A stretch of DNA of 64,000 bases, taken from assembly GCA_965230295.1 (NCBI GenBank), contig OZ246001.1, positions 1,760,001-1,824,000 on the forward strand, given 5' to 3'. Both the position numbers and the translations under genes were made by a program. Positions 10,208-19,934 of the stretch are shown here, in pieces. The notes under the pieces were generated by a model. The model saw only the letters and a program-made list of their open reading frames with translations. It ran no database searches and was not told where the DNA came from. This DNA comes from Marinicella sp. Its GTDB lineage: Bacteria; Pseudomonadota; Gammaproteobacteria; Xanthomonadales; Marinicellaceae. How positions within the stretch are numbered: the first letter of the stretch is position 1; each line of letters starts with the position of its first letter.

Positions 10208-10954
10208 TTACAGGTTGAAGCTGAACCAGATGCCGAAATCACCGTCACCATGTCGCCAACCATCGTGGTATGGGTAGTAGGTGTAGTAGTCACGGTAGAA
10301 ATACTCATCGTGGTAATCCATACACCACATGCCTTCATGCCAGTGGCCATAACCATATCCAGGTCGATCAAAATAGTGGCCCAGGCCCCGCAATGGGCGA
10401 TAGCGGTAGTAATCATCATAATACACGTTGTAGTTATAAAAGTGGCGGTAATGGTTGCGCAAGTGCTTGCGGTACTTCTTCATGCGTTTTTTCCACTTTT
10501 TGTAGTGCTTTTTCGGCTTGTAATAATTGTGGCTTATGTACCCGTGGTTGTTGTAACCGTAATATCGGTTGTTGCGGTTATATCCATGGCTGTTGTAATG
10601 GCGGTTGCGGTTATCGAAATGCCGGTTGTTGCGGTAATCTCCATTGAAGCCATGGTGTCGGTGCTTGTTTGAATGGCGTTGACCGTAAGCGTGCCTGTTG
10701 TTGTAGCCATGCTTGTTTTGATAACCATTGTTGTGGCCGTGTTTATGTCTGCGGGTTTCTTGACGCGCACTGTGTGCACCCTTGACATGTTTTTGACCAC
10801 CGCCACGATAAGCGTGTTTGTTGTGGTTATGTGAGTATTGTTTGTTGTGATTTTGGCGGTGCTTATTGTGTCCACCGTCTCTGGATCGGTCAGCCAATGC
10901 AGATACACTGAAAACCAGAGCTGTTAATGTGAGGTATGTTTTAAAAGATTTCAT
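10208..10954 (-). CDS. Secreted low-complexity His/Asn/Tyr/Arg-rich protein
   Basis: RBS AGGAG, signal peptide ending SALA, H/N/Y/R/G-rich body, aromatic C-terminus GDFGIWFSFNL. Confidence 0.8.
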   Translation of the reverse strand: MKSFKTYLTLTALVFSVSALADRSRDGGHNKHRQNHNKQYSHNHNKHAYRGGGQKHVKGAHSARQETRRHKHGHNNGYQNKHGYNNRHAYGQRHSNKHRHHGFNGDYRNNRHFDNRNRHYNSHGYNRNNRYYGYNNHGYISHNYYKPKKHYKKWKKRMKKYRKHLRNHYRHFYNYNVYYDDYYRYRPLRGLGHYFDRPGYGYGHWHEGMWCMDYHDEYFYRDYYTYYPYHDGWRHGDGDFGIWFSFNL

Positions 10955-11000
10955 AATTAAATCTCCTGTTGTTACTGTGAGTCCCAATTTACGGGTCTAG

Positions 11001-11018
11001 ACTGAATCAAAACTGAAT
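11001..11018. promoter_or_regulatory. Direct repeat ACTGAAT-N4-ACTGAAT, OmpR/PhoB-type regulator site candidate
   Basis: 7-bp repeat at 11-bp period in the divergent intergenic region. Confidence 0.45.
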
Positions 11019-11132
11019 GTTATGGAGCTGTTCAGATAGCGTTAAGATATGGAAACCAGTGGAATGTCATATTTTGTGGTGAAATGGTTGTGCTGTTGCT
11101 ACAATCATTGCCTGATAAAATCTCGAATAGGC

Positions 11133-12614
11133 ATGAAATTTATTTTACTGATGGCCATATTTTTGGCCCCAAGCTCATGGGCAAACCCTGAACTACATAA
11201 CAAGAAACTGGACGAGTTACTGATCACCAATGCGATGGTCGTGGTGGGCGTGGGGACACCTGCTGAAGGCCCGTATGACATTCATATTAAGAATGGATTG
11301 ATCCACAAAATGACCAGGTCCAAAGAAGGTGCCAAGGTCAGAGAATTGGAGATTCAACACCTGGATGTCGAAGGTGCTTATGTATTGCCAGGTTTCATCA
11401 ACATGCATGCCCACAGCATGTATGAAAGATCTGAGATAGAAATGGCACAACCTTATCAGCATTATTTATGGCTGGCCAGTGGCATCACCACCATCAGGGA
11501 CTTGGGCAGTGATTTGGAAGAAACCCTAAAAAACAGAGAACAAAGTGCCAAGCATGAAATCATTGCGCCTCGGGTATTTGCTTATCCTGCCATTTGGGGC
11601 AACCACAGCGATGCAGATTTAAAAGAAAAAATAAAGGCATTCAAAAAACAAGGTGTTGATGGTTTGAAGTTTGGCATGATGGACAAACAAACATTCATGA
11701 CGGCATCTGAACTGGCCAATGATAACCGGTTGAAAGTGGCCAATCATGTCGGGGTGGAAGACATGTCTGCATGGGATAACATGGTGGCAGGTACCACCAG
11801 CATTGAACACTGGTATGGTGTTCCGGATGCCGCATTAAAAGGGGTGCAAAAGTTTCCGGCAGACATGAATTATTCGAATGAATTGCACCGTTTTCGTTAT
11901 GCCGGCCGGTTGTGGCGTGAAGCGGATGCAGAAAAGCTGGATGGCGTGCTCCAGGGTTTGGTGGATGCTGGGGTGGCCTGGGACCCAACTTTGGTTATTT
12001 ATGAGGCTTCCAGAGATTTACAACGGGCCATTTCTTCACCTTGGTTCAAAGATTATTTGCACCCTGGGTTGGAAATGTTTTTCCAACCCAGTGAGGATTC
12101 ACACGGTTCTTTTTTTTGGGGTTGGACATCAACCGATGAAACCTACTGGAAAAACAACTACCAGATTTGGTTTAAGGCCTTGCGCGATTTTGCCGATAAA
12201 GGTGGCATCATAACCACGGGAGAAGATGCCGGATTCATTTATCAATTGTTTGGTTTTGGATACCTTCGAGAATTACAGTTGCATCAGGAAGCAGGCTTCC
12301 ATCCACTGGAGGTGATCAAGCATGCCACAGTTAATTCAGCTCATGTGTTGGGGCAAGGGAAACAACTGGGTCAAGTGCGCATCGGATATACCGCTGATTT
12401 GGTGATTGTGAATGGCAACCCTTTGGCTGATTTGTCGGTGCTGTTGCCCAGAAACATCAAACCATTGACCGGCGATGAAAGTACCGGCGGCATTGTCTGG
12501 ACATTAAAAGATGGCATCCCTTACCATGCCCCAACCATGCTTAAAGCGGTCAGAGAAATGGTGCGAAAAGCCAGAAAGGACAACCCGATTAATTACTTGG
12601 TGGAGGCAGAATGA
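11133..12614 (+). CDS. Secreted amidohydrolase family protein
   Basis: Signal peptide, PGFINMHAH metal site, GITTIRDLG, SIEH, ADLVIVNGNP. Confidence 0.9.
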   Translation: MKFILLMAIFLAPSSWANPELHNKKLDELLITNAMVVVGVGTPAEGPYDIHIKNGLIHKMTRSKEGAKVRELEIQHLDVEGAYVLPGFINMHAHSMYERSEIEMAQPYQHYLWLASGITTIRDLGSDLEETLKNREQSAKHEIIAPRVFAYPAIWGNHSDADLKEKIKAFKKQGVDGLKFGMMDKQTFMTASELANDNRLKVANHVGVEDMSAWDNMVAGTTSIEHWYGVPDAALKGVQKFPADMNYSNELHRFRYAGRLWREADAEKLDGVLQGLVDAGVAWDPTLVIYEASRDLQRAISSPWFKDYLHPGLEMFFQPSEDSHGSFFWGWTSTDETYWKNNYQIWFKALRDFADKGGIITTGEDAGFIYQLFGFGYLRELQLHQEAGFHPLEVIKHATVNSAHVLGQGKQLGQVRIGYTADLVIVNGNPLADLSVLLPRNIKPLTGDESTGGIVWTLKDGIPYHAPTMLKAVREMVRKARKDNPINYLVEAE

Positions 12615-13030
12615 AATACCTTCACACCATGGTTCGGGTCAGTGACCTGTCGGCATCGTTGGAATTCTATGTGAACCAATTAGGCCTGGTTGAACACAGC
12701 CGAAGGGATGTAGAAGCCGGTCGCTTCACTCTGGTGTTTTTACATGCGCCAGGTGATGAGTCTGCCATGGTGGAGTTGACCCATAATTGGGATGAAAGCG
12801 GGTATACAGAAGGCCGAAACTTTGGACATTTGGCTTATTCGGTGGAGAACATTTATGAATTCTGTCAGCACTTGATGGATCAAGGCGTAATCATCAATCG
12901 ACCGCCTCGAGATGGCCGCATGGCATTTATACGCAGCCCTGATAACATTTCTATTGAGTTGTTGCAGCAAGGCGATGCCTTACCCGTTCAGGAACCTTGG
13001 CAGTCGATGGAAAATAAGGGCAGTTGGTGA
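12611..13030 (+). CDS. gloA: Lactoylglutathione lyase (glyoxalase I, VOC family)
   Basis: YLHTMVRV, ELTHNWD, FGHLAY, FIRSPDNISIELL. Confidence 0.88.
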   Translation: MKYLHTMVRVSDLSASLEFYVNQLGLVEHSRRDVEAGRFTLVFLHAPGDESAMVELTHNWDESGYTEGRNFGHLAYSVENIYEFCQHLMDQGVIINRPPRDGRMAFIRSPDNISIELLQQGDALPVQEPWQSMENKGSW

Positions 13031-13408
13031 TTAGCCCAGTAAATTTTGGTATAAGATCACACCCCAGACCAGTGCCACAATCAACAAGGCCATAAACACG
13101 GCTGCAGAACCCATGTCTTTGGCCCGTCCGGCCAGTTCGTGCCTTTCTTCACCACAAACCAGATCCACCACAGCTTCAATGGCTGAATTGATGATTTCCA
13201 CCAACATCACCAACAACCATGAGCCAACCAACATGATCAGTTGGGTGCCAGATGCTGCCAACCAAACGGCACAAGGCAACAAAACGATGCTCAAATAAAC
13301 TTCCATGCGGAAGGAAGCTTCTTCCTGGTAAGTGGCTTTCAGGCCTTTCAAGGTCCATTGAAAGGCCCGATAAATTTCTTTGGGTCCTCGAATGCCAGAA
13401 TCAGGCAT
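13031..13408 (-). CDS. dgkA: Diacylglycerol kinase
   Basis: [34 protein letters not shown]. Confidence 0.95.
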   Translation of the reverse strand: MPDSGIRGPKEIYRAFQWTLKGLKATYQEEASFRMEVYLSIVLLPCAVWLAASGTQLIMLVGSWLLVMLVEIINSAIEAVVDLVCGEERHELAGRAKDMGSAAVFMALLIVALVWGVILYQNLLG

Positions 13409-14852
13409 TGATTTTATACACCACGTTGGGTTCTTTCACTGCTTTGACTTCGTCCATGCGTCTTACAGGTGTGGTATAAGGTGCTTGTTTTAATGTGTCG
13501 ATGTCGTCACTGGCTTGAGCCAACACGTTGGCCATGGCTTCAACAAAAGCATCGATGGATTGTTTTGATTCAGTTTCTGTGGGTTCAATCAACAAACATT
13601 CAGCCACCAATAAGGGGAAATAAATGGTGGGTGCATGCATGTCTTGGTCCAACAATGCTTTGGCCAAGTCACTGGCGGTCAAGCCCAGGTCTTTGGCTTG
13701 TTTTTTCAGGGTAACAATAAACTCGTGACTGGCACGGCGGTTTTTAAACGCCAAATCAAAACCCACGGCCTCCAGACGTTTCATTAAATAGTTGGCGTTC
13801 AAAGTTGCAAATTCAGATATGCGTTGCATGCCCTCACGCCCATTGAGTAAGGCATAGACATAGGCACGTAAATTAACGCCAGCGTTGCCGGCAAAGGTTG
13901 ACAGCTGGCCAATGGTTTTCGGGGCTTCTTGTTCAGATACAAAATAATACTGACCGTCTTTTTTTCCCACGTAAGGAATCGGCATATAAGGCAGTAAACG
14001 CTCGCTAACGCCAATGGCACCAGATCCAGGACCTCCGCCACCATGTGGTGTAGAAAATGTTTTATGCAGGTTCATGTGGATCACATCAAAGCCCATGATG
14101 CCAGGGTTGGTTTTACCCAAAATGGCATTCAAATTGGCGCCATCGTAATACAGTAAACCGCCTGCAGCATGTACTTTATCGGCGATGACTTTGATTTTGC
14201 TTTCAAATACACCCAGTGTAGATGGGTTGGTCAACATGATGCCAGCTGTGTGTGGTCCCAGTGCGGCATCCAAGGCATCCATGTCAACATTACCATCTTC
14301 ATCTGTGCGAATTTCTTTGACTTTATAACCACACATGATGGCGGTGGCCGGGTTGGTCCCATGTGCCGCATCTGGTACGATGATTTCTCGCCGTTCAAAA
14401 TCTTGGCGGTCATCATGGTAAGCCTTGATCATGGCCACCCCGGAAAATTCACCTTGAGCACCTGCCATGGGTGTTAATGAAACACCTTTCATGTTGGTCA
14501 CAGCTTGTAAGATTTGTTGTAAGTGATACATACATGCCAGGTATCCTTGAGACAAACTGGCATGGGCCAATGGGTGGCGCGCCAGAAATTCATCTTTCAT
14601 GGCCAATGAATTACAGGCCCTGGGATTGTATTTCATGGTACAAGAACCCAAGGGGTAAAAGTTGGTATCGATGGAAAAGTTCTTCTGACTCAGTTGGGTG
14701 TAATGTCTGACCACATCTAATTCGCTGGCTTGTGGCATGCCTAAACGAGAACCTCTTTGGTATTGTTCTGGTATGAGGTGTGAGACATCAACTTCATTGG
14801 GAGATTGTGCGGTGGCAGTTCTGCCGGCTTTGGACTTTTCGAAAATCAACAT
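13401..14852 (-). CDS. gcvPB: Glycine dehydrogenase (decarboxylating) subunit 2
   Basis: [43 protein letters not shown]; 483 aa. Confidence 0.96.
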   Translation of the reverse strand: MLIFEKSKAGRTATAQSPNEVDVSHLIPEQYQRGSRLGMPQASELDVVRHYTQLSQKNFSIDTNFYPLGSCTMKYNPRACNSLAMKDEFLARHPLAHASLSQGYLACMYHLQQILQAVTNMKGVSLTPMAGAQGEFSGVAMIKAYHDDRQDFERREIIVPDAAHGTNPATAIMCGYKVKEIRTDEDGNVDMDALDAALGPHTAGIMLTNPSTLGVFESKIKVIADKVHAAGGLLYYDGANLNAILGKTNPGIMGFDVIHMNLHKTFSTPHGGGGPGSGAIGVSERLLPYMPIPYVGKKDGQYYFVSEQEAPKTIGQLSTFAGNAGVNLRAYVYALLNGREGMQRISEFATLNANYLMKRLEAVGFDLAFKNRRASHEFIVTLKKQAKDLGLTASDLAKALLDQDMHAPTIYFPLLVAECLLIEPTETESKQSIDAFVEAMANVLAQASDDIDTLKQAPYTTPVRRMDEVKAVKEPNVVYKINA

Positions 14853-14862
14853 GATTCAGCCT

Positions 14863-16923
14863 TTAAAAATCATAGTAAAAAGATAAGTGGTAGTTTCTAC
14901 CTGGTGCATCTAAACCGGAAGCATGTTCGCGGTATTTTTTATTGAAAATATTTTCAACACCCAGTCTTACCTGGCCATTGATGCTGTGTTTCCAGGTGAA
15001 GTGCGTATCATATACCACAAAACCACCCGTGCCAAATGGATTGATGCGTGCATCACTTAAATCACGGGCACTGAGTCGGTCTTGGGTGTTGGCATAGCGA
15101 ACCTGAGACCTCATGTCCCAACGGTCACTGAGGTCTTGTTGATACCCTACAACACCAAACGCAGGTGGTATCCGGTCAGCCGGTCCAGTACCTTCAGAGG
15201 TTTCTTCCGTACCATGGGTGTAGGTGATGTTGGTAAATAAATGCCCACCATTGTCAAAATAGTAGTTCAGCTCAGCTTCCAATCCGTATATATCGACTTC
15301 ATTGATGTTTTGTGATTGCACCACATCCAGGCCATCAGCTGTGACTTCGCCGGTTTCAACCGATGCAATCACATCCTGGTATCTGGAAACAAAGGCCACC
15401 ACTTCAGCTTGCCATCCATTGCCAGCATGTTTATAACCAATGTCCAGTGAAATGACAGATTCAGGTTCTAGGCTTGGATTGATGACATTAAAACGGTTGC
15501 CTGAGCGTTCACCCACCTGGCCCAAGTCGAAAATATTGGGTGGTCTGAAGCCGCGACCAATGTTGGCAAAGACGCGATCTGAGTCATTGATTTTGTATAA
15601 CCAGCTGGCGTGCCATGTGAGGTCAGTGAGGCTCAATTGATCATTATCAATATCTGGGCTGTTCAGGTCTATGTCATAATCACTGAATCGGACACCGGTG
15701 GTGAATTCATGATCGCCGTTGTATTGATGCCAGTCGGCAAACACCGCAAATTGTCGCATTGAAGAGTCATCTGGATAGCGTGAAGCCCTGGGCACATCTG
15801 TCCCATCGGCCAACACCCTTTGACGGGCACTTGAAATGGTGTCTATATAGGAATCAAAGCCATAGACCAAAAGACTGTCGTCATCCAATGCTTTGTTCCA
15901 GTCTGCTTGTAAAGTAAACAGGTCACTGTGGTTTTGCTCGGTGTCAGTCCGGCTACCTGACAATGGGATGCTGTAACGGTTATCGGTGATTTTTTGGAAT
16001 GACAAGTGGTAGTTAGCCATGTCATACCAATCAGTTGGCGAAGCCGTTGTGTACTTCAAATGTGCAAATTGTCGCTCATTGGGTTGGAACAAGTAGACCT
16101 GTGACTCAGGTTCTGTTTCACCAAACCCGGCCACCAAATTATCAACCCGGGGTGTGGCTGGTTGGTGGGTGTATTGTAGGTCGAATATCCAGTTGGAAGT
16201 GTTCGATGTGTTGAACACCCATTTGTTGTTGAACGATCGGGAGGTATAGGCGGTGAATGGGATGGTTTCGCCAGAGCCAGTGGTGCGTTGCCCAATGTCT
16301 TGATAACTGAGGCCGAATGTGGATGCAATTTTATCGTTGCCAAAATCACCACCAATGTGACTGATCCACTTTTCATCGGCACTGTCCCATGAGCTGAAAA
16401 CCTGACCAGTCATGCTCCATTCACTGCTGTAAAACTCCGGCGTGTGGGTCAAGACATTGACCACACCACCCAGGGCGTCACCGCCATAAAGAACAGAACT
16501 GGGCCCTCTGACCACTTCAATTTGTGAAGTCATGAATGAATCCACCAGGGCCAGGTATTGATTCGGCGCGTTGCGGAAAAAAGCTGTGTTAACGCGCATG
16601 CCGTCAACCAAGTGAACATTGCCAGATCCTTTCAGGCCACGGATGATCGGGATGGCCTGACCTGGGGTGGTTTGTTGGATATAGACGCCTGACTCCTGAC
16701 GCAACAGATCAGGCAGTAAAGTATTGGGTTTGTTCTTGATTTCATCACGGGTAACCACGGAAACCGCTGTGGCTGTGTCATTGGTGGCGGTGGCGGTTTT
16801 GCTGGCCGTCACTTGAAGTGGCGCCAGTGATTCTACACTTTCATCTAGATTGACATCAGGCGCAGGGTTTTCTTGTGCCAGGCTGGCGGTAGCCACAATC
16901 AGCAATACAATACTCAGTTTCAT
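14863..16923 (-). CDS. TonB-dependent outer membrane receptor
   Basis: LQVTAS TonB box, IEVVRGPSSVLYGGDALGGVVN plug, ENIFNKKY, terminal Phe. Confidence 0.95.
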   Translation of the reverse strand: MKLSIVLLIVATASLAQENPAPDVNLDESVESLAPLQVTASKTATATNDTATAVSVVTRDEIKNKPNTLLPDLLRQESGVYIQQTTPGQAIPIIRGLKGSGNVHLVDGMRVNTAFFRNAPNQYLALVDSFMTSQIEVVRGPSSVLYGGDALGGVVNVLTHTPEFYSSEWSMTGQVFSSWDSADEKWISHIGGDFGNDKIASTFGLSYQDIGQRTTGSGETIPFTAYTSRSFNNKWVFNTSNTSNWIFDLQYTHQPATPRVDNLVAGFGETEPESQVYLFQPNERQFAHLKYTTASPTDWYDMANYHLSFQKITDNRYSIPLSGSRTDTEQNHSDLFTLQADWNKALDDDSLLVYGFDSYIDTISSARQRVLADGTDVPRASRYPDDSSMRQFAVFADWHQYNGDHEFTTGVRFSDYDIDLNSPDIDNDQLSLTDLTWHASWLYKINDSDRVFANIGRGFRPPNIFDLGQVGERSGNRFNVINPSLEPESVISLDIGYKHAGNGWQAEVVAFVSRYQDVIASVETGEVTADGLDVVQSQNINEVDIYGLEAELNYYFDNGGHLFTNITYTHGTEETSEGTGPADRIPPAFGVVGYQQDLSDRWDMRSQVRYANTQDRLSARDLSDARINPFGTGGFVVYDTHFTWKHSINGQVRLGVENIFNKKYREHASGLDAPGRNYHLSFYYDF

Positions 16924-16982
16924 GGGTCAATCTTTGGTCAAAGGGTGAGTAATTTACTATGGGTTCAGGCCAGAATCAACCA

Positions 16983-17001
16983 ACAAATGATAATGATAAG
17001 C
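16983..17001. promoter_or_regulatory. Fur box candidate upstream of the TonB-dependent receptor
   Basis: ACAAATGATAATGATAAGC, 13/19 by hand count to GATAATGATAATCATTATC, ~60 bp upstream of the ATG. Confidence 0.55.
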
Positions 17002-17026
17002 AACAAGTTTTAAACCGAGGCCTTTT

Positions 17027-17043
17027 CTGAACAGAAGCTGAAC
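17027..17043. promoter_or_regulatory. Direct repeat CTGAAC-N5-CTGAAC
   Basis: Same CTGAA core and 11-bp period as 11001-11018. Confidence 0.35.
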
Positions 17044-17075
17044 AAAAGACCAAGGACTTTCTATTTAAATGACCT

Positions 17076-19727
17076 TTAAGCTTGCGATTCTTTTTGGTAT
17101 TTCTTGATCTCATTGACAGTCAAAACATAGGCTTTGCGAGCGTTTTTTATGTTCTCAATCACGGCCTGTTCTTGCTCCTCAATGGCAGCAGCTTCTACTT
17201 TCTTACAATAGTGGCTGAATCCTGTGGCTCCGATGTTTGCACCGGTGGATTTCAGTGTGTGCGCAATTTGTCTGGCATTGGCATAGTCATGGGTTTGACT
17301 GAAAGTGTTCAACTGATTCAGCATGCCAGGCGATTCTTGCTGAAATAAATCCAACAACGAATTGGTTTCATCGCCCATGAATGTTCTGATTTCAGCCAAA
17401 GCCCGAGTATTCAACCATTTGGTGTTGACGTCATCAGAGTCTTCCTTTTCCTGCTTTTCTTCGGGGTCAGTGGTTGGTTTTGCAGGCTTCTTTTTGGCAC
17501 CCAATGGGTCCCATTTTTTCAATGTTTTTTCTAAGATGTACCGATTGAGTGGTTTGGACATGTAATCATCCATACCTGCATCCAGACATTTTTCCTTGTC
17601 ACCCAGCATGGCGTTGGCGGTCATGGCTATGATTGGGGTGTGGTTGAGGTTGTTGTTCTCTTCATATTTTCGGATGCGCTTGGTACAAAAATAACCGTCC
17701 ATTACGGGCATTTGGCAATCCATCAGAATCAAGCGGTAGCGGGTTTTTTTGGCTTTGTTTAAGGCCACCATGCCATTTTCTGCGACATCAAAAGGAAAGC
17801 CTATGTAATCAATCAGTTTTTGTGCCACCTTCAGGTTAACTTCATTGTCTTCAACCAGCAAGATGGTGTCTGAAATATCAGCATAATCGACGGTTTCATC
17901 CTGAGCCGCTGAAGATTCTTCAGGCGCATCTTTGGCTTCGGTTTCATAGGACTCGTCATGGCTGTCCTGTTCTTCATCCAACTCCAAGACTTCTTCTGGG
18001 AAGTAACGTCTTTCAAACTCACCAATGACCAGTTCGACTTCTTTGTCAGGGTGCATGATTTGGATGTTTTTATACTGTTTTACACCTGCAATGTGACCGC
18101 CGGTGGTGATGGCACAAATCCAAACGTCGTCTAACTCGCCCTTTTCTACCAATAACAACAATTGTCTTAACGTTTTGGCATTGGTATCAAAGTCAATAAA
18201 CAGCAAGGTGGTTTTACCATCCTGTATGCCCCTGGCAGCTTGAATTCTTGACAGTGCATGCTGGTAGTTCAATGAGGTTTGTACCGGTAACAGTGCTTTT
18301 TCTAAAGAAGCCTGAATGCGCTTGAATAAAACAGGATTGGTGTTCAATAAAATGGCTTGATGTTGATGGACTTCGGTACCACCATGCAAGGCATCACCTG
18401 CTGATTTGGTGAAAGGGATTTCAAACCAGAATGTACTGCCAACACCGGTTTTTGATTCAACACCCATTTGACCTTTGAGCAACTCTACAATTTTCTTACT
18501 GATGGCCAAGCCCAATCCGGTACCACCAAATTTGCGTGTCGATGAATTGTCGCCCTGGGTAAAGGCATTGAACAATTTTTCTACCTGATCCGGTGCGATA
18601 CCGATGCCTTGGTCTTTCACCGAAAACCTGATCAATTCTTTGGTGGTGAAATTTTTAACTTTTTTAACATCAACAATGATTTTGCCGTGATCAGAAAACT
18701 TAATGGCATTGGATAATATATTGGTCAGTACTTGTCTGACCCTGATGGGGTCCCCCCTTAACAAAGGATTGATTTGATCGTCTACGTTGACAGAAATTTC
18801 CAGACCTTTTCTTTCAGCTGATGAACTGAGACTGTCTAACACTTCTTCAACCACTTTTCTGACTTTTAACCCAGTGACTTCGGTGGTTAATTTGCCAGCT
18901 TCTACTTTCGAATAATCAAGCAAATCGTCAATCAGCTTCTGCATCTGAGTGGCCGATGTGTGCGCAGTGGTTAGGTAATCTTTCTGAAAAGCGTTGAGTT
19001 CTGTGTCCATAACAATGTCTATCAACGGCACAATACCATTCAATGGTGTGCGAATTTCATGACTCATGGTGGCCAGAAACTCCATCTTAGCCATTTCGGC
19101 AGCAGACAGATCGACCTTCAGGTTTTTGATTTGCTCTTTGAGCACTTTGGTTTCATAGATGGCTTCTTCGGCTTTTTTAATCTGTCTGGCCAGGCTGGCA
19201 GGCAGTGGATCGCTTTTCTTTTTCTTTTCGGTGGTTTCTGCCAACAAAAAACGACTGGCAACAACCACAAAACCAACCACCAAGAGCACCAACAATGAAA
19301 ACAGCAGTGGTTGACTCAGACCCAACTGATCGGCAGGCTGTAACAACAATAAAACAGCAAAACTCAAAACGGGTAATGCCATGCACAGGGCTGTTTTTTC
19401 TAAATTCAGCTGGGTAAAGAACAGAACAGAAGTCAGCCAAATTAACACCAAAGTCACAAATAAGGCAACATGGGCCTGATCACTTAACCAAAAACTCAGG
19501 GCCAGCCAAAAACTGCCAATCACAGGAATCATCCAGTCGACTTTTTTAGCAACCACATCATCAAAACGGTTTTGTATAACCGGGAAGGTATAAGCCCAAC
19601 CGGTGGCCAAGGTCAACACCAATAAAAGTAAGGGGATCTGATACAGTCCGCCTTCAATCCATGCCAGCAACAACATGAACAGTGCCAGTATGCACATCAG
19701 CAACTTTTTATTCTTTAAATGATCCAT
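17076..19727 (-). CDS. Hybrid sensor histidine kinase (multi-TM, HisKA, HATPase, pseudo-REC, REC, HPt)
   Basis: FLATMSHEIRTPLNG, NILSNAIKF, DQGIGI, GGTGLGLAI, LMDCQMP, AHTLKSTGANIGA. Confidence 0.94.
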   Translation of the reverse strand: MDHLKNKKLLMCILALFMLLLAWIEGGLYQIPLLLLVLTLATGWAYTFPVIQNRFDDVVAKKVDWMIPVIGSFWLALSFWLSDQAHVALFVTLVLIWLTSVLFFTQLNLEKTALCMALPVLSFAVLLLLQPADQLGLSQPLLFSLLVLLVVGFVVVASRFLLAETTEKKKKSDPLPASLARQIKKAEEAIYETKVLKEQIKNLKVDLSAAEMAKMEFLATMSHEIRTPLNGIVPLIDIVMDTELNAFQKDYLTTAHTSATQMQKLIDDLLDYSKVEAGKLTTEVTGLKVRKVVEEVLDSLSSSAERKGLEISVNVDDQINPLLRGDPIRVRQVLTNILSNAIKFSDHGKIIVDVKKVKNFTTKELIRFSVKDQGIGIAPDQVEKLFNAFTQGDNSSTRKFGGTGLGLAISKKIVELLKGQMGVESKTGVGSTFWFEIPFTKSAGDALHGGTEVHQHQAILLNTNPVLFKRIQASLEKALLPVQTSLNYQHALSRIQAARGIQDGKTTLLFIDFDTNAKTLRQLLLLVEKGELDDVWICAITTGGHIAGVKQYKNIQIMHPDKEVELVIGEFERRYFPEEVLELDEEQDSHDESYETEAKDAPEESSAAQDETVDYADISDTILLVEDNEVNLKVAQKLIDYIGFPFDVAENGMVALNKAKKTRYRLILMDCQMPVMDGYFCTKRIRKYEENNNLNHTPIIAMTANAMLGDKEKCLDAGMDDYMSKPLNRYILEKTLKKWDPLGAKKKPAKPTTDPEEKQEKEDSDDVNTKWLNTRALAEIRTFMGDETNSLLDLFQQESPGMLNQLNTFSQTHDYANARQIAHTLKSTGANIGATGFSHYCKKVEAAAIEEQEQAVIENIKNARKAYVLTVNEIKKYQKESQA

Positions 19728-19934
19728 TCAATCCTACCCTCTGGTGTTAATACATGCGACATGAGAAGCCGCAGGACAAGTTCAACCTCATACTTAAAAT
19801 TGTCCCATTCAACGAACATACCTATTTATGATTGTAGCTAAATATCAATCAGGTCGAAAGTTTTTTTTAACACCATTTGCAGGAAAGGGAGCTAATTACT
19901 TGAAATAGGTTGTTTTTTTGCAGAAATAACGGTG

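Noticed and set aside
10250-10908. Alternative-frame ORFs (Val-, Cys- or Thr-rich) over the His-rich gene
   Set aside because: Shadows of low-complexity codons; only the 10954 frame has an RBS and signal peptide
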